From Candidatus Latescibacterota bacterium (lineage in GTDB: Bacteria; Latescibacterota; UBA2968): a stretch of 64,000 nt of DNA. Shown piece by piece: positions 60,410-64,000 of this stretch. Numbering within the stretch: the first letter of the stretch is position 1; every line of letters begins with the position of its first letter. The translations under genes were made by a program, and so were the position numbers. The notes under the pieces are model-generated. The model was not told the DNA's origin. It was given only the letters and a program-made list of their open reading frames with translations, and ran no database searches. The stretch lies in contig OZ242311.1 of NCBI GenBank assembly GCA_965207885.1, forward strand, positions 192,001 to 256,000. The letters run 5' to 3'.

Positions 60410-61727
60410 ATGAATACCCCCAATACCCACCCTTCCGCCCAGCCCAAGCCCATTCCAGTATTCAGGGCAGATCGCCTCGGATCCTTCAAACAATTTCTGA
60501 ATCTGATCTGGTTATTGCGCCTCGTCCTGAAAGTGGCACCAGCTCCGGCTCTCTTATGGGCGTTTACGTCCCTCATTCGCAGCCTCGTACTGCCCATCAA
60601 CCTGTGGATTACCAAGTATCTGATCGATGCTGTGGTCGATGTGGTTCGATCCAGCGGATCTCTGAACCCGGTATTTACCTATCTAACCTTCCTCCTCGCG
60701 GGACTTTTTATTCAGCGATTGGTAGGATGGATAGATCCCTGGTTGAGCGGTAAATTCCAACAAGCCGCAGGCAGAGAACTGACCCGCCTCGTCATCGTCA
60801 AAGCCCCTCGCCTCTCATTAGAACAATTCGAGCACACGGGCTATTACGACGAACTCACGCGCGCCATGTCACAAACCGAACAAAAAGGACCTGATATTTT
60901 AGACCAGGTCATGAGCGTCGTCCGCAACCTCTCCAGCCTGATCGGATATGGTGCTGTTCTCTGGGTCATCCACCCATTTATCCTGATGGGCGTAGTGGGA
61001 CTTACAGGGGTGTCTATCTGGATAGCCATGAAAGGTGGCCAAGATGTCTGGTCTGTCTTGAGCCGCCAAACATTTAAGCGGCGTTTGGCAGATTATTACG
61101 GCGCCATAATAGTTGACCGCAATACAGCCAAAGAAGCGCGTCTCTATGATTTGAAACAGTATTTGATCGACAGGTGGACAAAGCTCTATTGGGACTCCAG
61201 AAATGAGTTGCGCCGTGAGGCCATCCGGGTAGATCTCAAACAATTTGGCACGTATGGCATCGCCGTTCTGGCAAGTATCGGTGCCTTATACTATATTGCC
61301 GTCAGTCCGTCTGTAGATGCATCTCCCGGTCTCTATACGATCTTTTTTGAAGCGGTTTCGGGAATACTCGATCCCATGTATTTGATCGTTTTGGCACTTC
61401 GCCAACTGGGAGAATCATCGGGTTATGCGTCAGACCTTCGCCATTTTCTCGACCTGCCCGAATACAGTGCCCCATCTGCTGACCCTACAAAAAATACCAG
61501 ACCATTTCCAAAACCCTTGCGCCAGGGCATCGTCGTAAAAAATGTGACCTATACCTACCCCGGAAGCGAAACCCCTGCGCTCCACAATCTGAACCTCGAA
61601 ATCAAAGCTGGCGAAAAAGTCGCCATTGTCGGCGAAAATGGATCGGGCAAGACAACACTGGTGAAATTACTCATCGGATTATACACTCCCGACGCAGGCG
61701 AAATTTACATGGTAGATGGAGATATGG
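60410..61727 (+). pseudogene. ABC exporter (TM + ATPase), 5' part; interrupted by a TnpB element
   Basis: TM region, AKEARLY, Walker A GENGSGKT; rejoins in frame with 63100-63641. Confidence 0.9.
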
Positions 61728-61768
61728 GTGACTACTCCCAACGGTAGAGCAGTTGGGCTTCTTGGCGG

Positions 61769-62893
61769 TCAATCCGCCTGACGTTGTAGCCCCAACGTCA
61801 ATATGTTTATCGCAGCATTGTGGTCTCTGTCCGTCTTATAGCCACACGCCTTGCAATGATGCACACGATCAGAAAGTGTTTTCTTCTCTCTATGTCCGCA
61901 TGCAGAGCAATCTTGTGACGTATAGTCAGGATCAACGGCCTTGAATCCAATACCAGCTTCTTCCGCTTTGTATTTGAGACAGTGCCGAAACAGGGACCAT
62001 GCTACGTCTGCTATTGATTTAGCCAATCGTCTGTTCTTTTGCATCTCTTGAACGTCCAATTTCTCGACGGCTATGAAACTGTGACGATTGACCATTTTTC
62101 TTGATTCTTGATGAGCAAAGTTATGTCGTTTATTACGGATACGCTCATGCACTCTACCAATGACTTTACGACGCTTTTCTCTTGTGGCGTCTGTCTTAGG
62201 TCTTTTTTTCACCGTATCCCATTTACGCTGTGCTTTGGCAAGAGACTTTTCCTCTTTGCGAAAGAACCTCTGATTCTCTATTTTCTGTCCGTCACTTGTG
62301 ACCGCAAAGGAATTAAGACCCACGTCAATGCCAACAGCAGAGTTAGTGTTTGGTTTCTTATCTTTTTCGCCAATATCGCAAGAGATAGACACAAACCATT
62401 TGCCTGTTGCTGTGCGTGTGATTGTGCAAGACTTAGGGATACCCTCAAGTGGCCTGTGCTGAACAATGCGAATGCAACCAATACTGCCCAATCGCAAGCC
62501 CTTATCGTCCAATCGACATCCATTGGCAAACTGAGGATAGGTGATAGAATCATAGCGATTCTCATTCTTGTATCTGGGAAAGCCAGCTTTCTCGCCAGTC
62601 TTTGACTTCCCTTTGAGACGCCGAAAGAATCCTTTGAATGCCAAATCCACTCTCTGTGATACTTGTTGCAACACCTGACTATACACTTGCTTGAAAGCGG
62701 CGTGTTGTTGTTTTAACAATGGTATTGTTTTGGTCTGGTCATATTGAGAGAGAGACTTATTCTCATTTTTCCATGCTTGTATTCTGGCACAGAGTAGTTG
62801 ATTATAGAGAATACGGCATTCGTCAATATGCGCCAGCAAGATTTGTTCTTGCTTTTTGGTCGGACGCAATCTGTATTTTAATGACTTAACCAT
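61769..62893 (-). CDS. tnpB: RNA-guided endonuclease TnpB, intact
   Basis: HTH KYRLRPT; RuvC GIDVG, AVEKL, DRDHNAAINI; Zn finger CSACG..CKACG. Confidence 0.95.
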   Translation of the reverse strand: MVKSLKYRLRPTKKQEQILLAHIDECRILYNQLLCARIQAWKNENKSLSQYDQTKTIPLLKQQHAAFKQVYSQVLQQVSQRVDLAFKGFFRRLKGKSKTGEKAGFPRYKNENRYDSITYPQFANGCRLDDKGLRLGSIGCIRIVQHRPLEGIPKSCTITRTATGKWFVSISCDIGEKDKKPNTNSAVGIDVGLNSFAVTSDGQKIENQRFFRKEEKSLAKAQRKWDTVKKRPKTDATREKRRKVIGRVHERIRNKRHNFAHQESRKMVNRHSFIAVEKLDVQEMQKNRRLAKSIADVAWSLFRHCLKYKAEEAGIGFKAVDPDYTSQDCSACGHREKKTLSDRVHHCKACGYKTDRDHNAAINILTLGLQRQAD

Positions 62894-62899
62894 AATAAA

Positions 62900-62928
62900 A
62901 ATATATATTTATGTGTCGTTTATGTCAA
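62900..62928 (-). promoter_or_regulatory. Sigma70 promoter giving a probably leaderless tnpB mRNA
   Basis: TTGACA-N17-TATATT; the ATG begins 7 nt after the -10 box; no SD. Confidence 0.7.
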
Positions 62929-63099
62929 GTTGAAAATAGAATAAATCTTGTTGATGAAGTGCTGGCGCACTTGTACACCGCTCCACAGCCGCCGATAGTC
63001 CCTTGAGGACTATCCCATAGGCTAAAGCCGCCCCATAAATTCTAAGCCCTTCGCCATGCGACCCAAGCCTGAAGGACTTGGGTTTTACGGGCTTTTCAG

Positions 63100-63641
63100 A
63101 TAAACGTCTCCCTGAAGAAGTGCAAAGTCGCGTCGCAGCGGTTTTTCAGGACTATGCAAAATTCGATCTGAAACTCAGAGAAAATATCGGATTCGGACAA
63201 TTGGACGCCATGTTTGACGACACCAGACTCTACGCTGCTGCACATCGAGCGGACATCCTCGATATTCACGCAGACCTGAGCGATGGATGGGATGGATATC
63301 TCGGAAGAAAATTTGGAGACCGCGACCTATCTGGCGGACAGTGGCAAAAAGTAGCACTGGGAAGAGCCTATCTCAAAGATGCGGATCTGGTCGTACTCGA
63401 TGAACCGACATCGGCATTAGACCCCAAAGCAGAACTCGCCCTGTTTGAGCGATTTGTAGATCTGACAGAGAACCGCACAGCACTCATGATATCTCACCGC
63501 CTGGGTGCTGCCCGATTGGCCGACTGCGTCATAGTGATGAAGGATGGCCAAATCATCGAATCCGGCTCTCATGAAGAATTGCTGAAACTCAACGGCGAAT
63601 ATGCCAGACTATTTTCTGCCCAGGCACAATGGTATCAATAA
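63100..63641 (+). pseudogene. ABC exporter, 3' part of the ATPase domain
   Basis: VFQDY, LSGGQWQKVALGRA, VLDEPTSALDP, ISHRL. Confidence 0.9.
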
Positions 63642-63659
63642 ATTTTAAGAGAGTTACTC

Positions 63660-64000
63660 ATGATAAAAAATTATCTAACCGTTGCGGTCCGCAACATCGC
63701 CAGAAATAAGACATTCTCCGCAATCAACATCATCGGGCTTGCAATTGGAATGGCGTGCTGTGTGCTGATTTTTTCGATGATACATCAACAATGGTCTTTT
63801 GATCGGTTTCACAAAAACAGAGATGTGATCTTTCGGGTATTAACGCGGGAAATCACCAAAGAAGGCGAAGTCGCATTTATAGTATTACAGCCGAAGGATC
63901 TCGCAGGCGCATTGAAGGACGCTTTTCCAGAAATCGTTCATACAACGCGACTTGCCAATTCGTTTGTGATTGTCGGGCGTGAGGACAAGCTGTTTCAAGA
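63660..64000 (+). CDS. MacB/FtsX-family ABC permease (partial, runs off the window)
   Basis: MIKNYLTVAVRNIARNKTFSAINIIGLAIGMACC. Confidence 0.9.
   Translation, partial: MIKNYLTVAVRNIARNKTFSAINIIGLAIGMACCVLIFSMIHQQWSFDRFHKNRDVIFRVLTREITKEGEVAFIVLQPKDLAGALKDAFPEIVHTTRLANSFVIVGREDKLFQ

Larger units (their letters stand above)
61728..63099 (-). mobile_element. IS200/IS605-family tnpB-only element (IS1341-like), 1372 bp
   Basis: Minus strand: TTTAT then left end CTGAAAAGCCCGTAAAACCCAAGTCCTTCAGGCTTGGG; right end CCCAAC...GTTGGGAGTAGTCAC; no TSD; removal restores the host frame. Confidence 0.9.

Noticed and set aside
61728-63099. IStron (self-splicing intron-IS hybrid)
   Set aside because: The element is antisense to the host gene, and its ~200-bp left region shows no recognisable group I intron core.

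Overview
Bacterial chromosomal window, probably FCB-superphylum (Latescibacterota/Gemmatimonadota-like; inferred from GWxTD, DUF2723, DUF5683, short RpoD/SigA, expanded MacB/FtsX permeases and a dockerin-like tail). Layout: (1) 1-13.7 kb, a co-directional cluster around a secreted 6-Cys peptide, with two GT4 glycosyltransferases, a TlpA thioredoxin, a beta-propeller lipoprotein, a degenerate-peptidase/UshA-like/tetraheme cytochrome c fusion, a GT-A-fold protein with a possible RRE-like N-terminus, and a MacB-type permease; (2) 13.7-19.2 kb, a GWxTD/lipoprotein/DUF5683 operon; (3) 19.2-32.9 kb, an accessory island cut into modules by five copies of an unnamed TAAAATG-hairpin-TAAAATG repeat, two of which extend into a near-consensus sigma70 promoter; its modules carry sigma54-type operons, a FixL-like two-component system, an HNH pair, a HEPN pair, a truncated R-M methylase and IS remnants; (4) 33.9-49.4 kb, core genes (nadE, ppiD, M23, rhomboid, DUF2723, sigma70, orphan BMC shell protein, solA) with two apparently identical IS5 copies sitting in TAG stop codons; (5) 49.5-55.8 kb, a second accessory patch (AAA ATPase, TA remnants, candidate structured sRNA, ART-like ORF, IS4); (6) 55.8-64 kb, an ABC transporter cluster with one gene cleanly split by an intact TnpB element. 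No rRNA, tRNA or CRISPR array was recognised. All family assignments are by motif recognition by eye; no searches were run.
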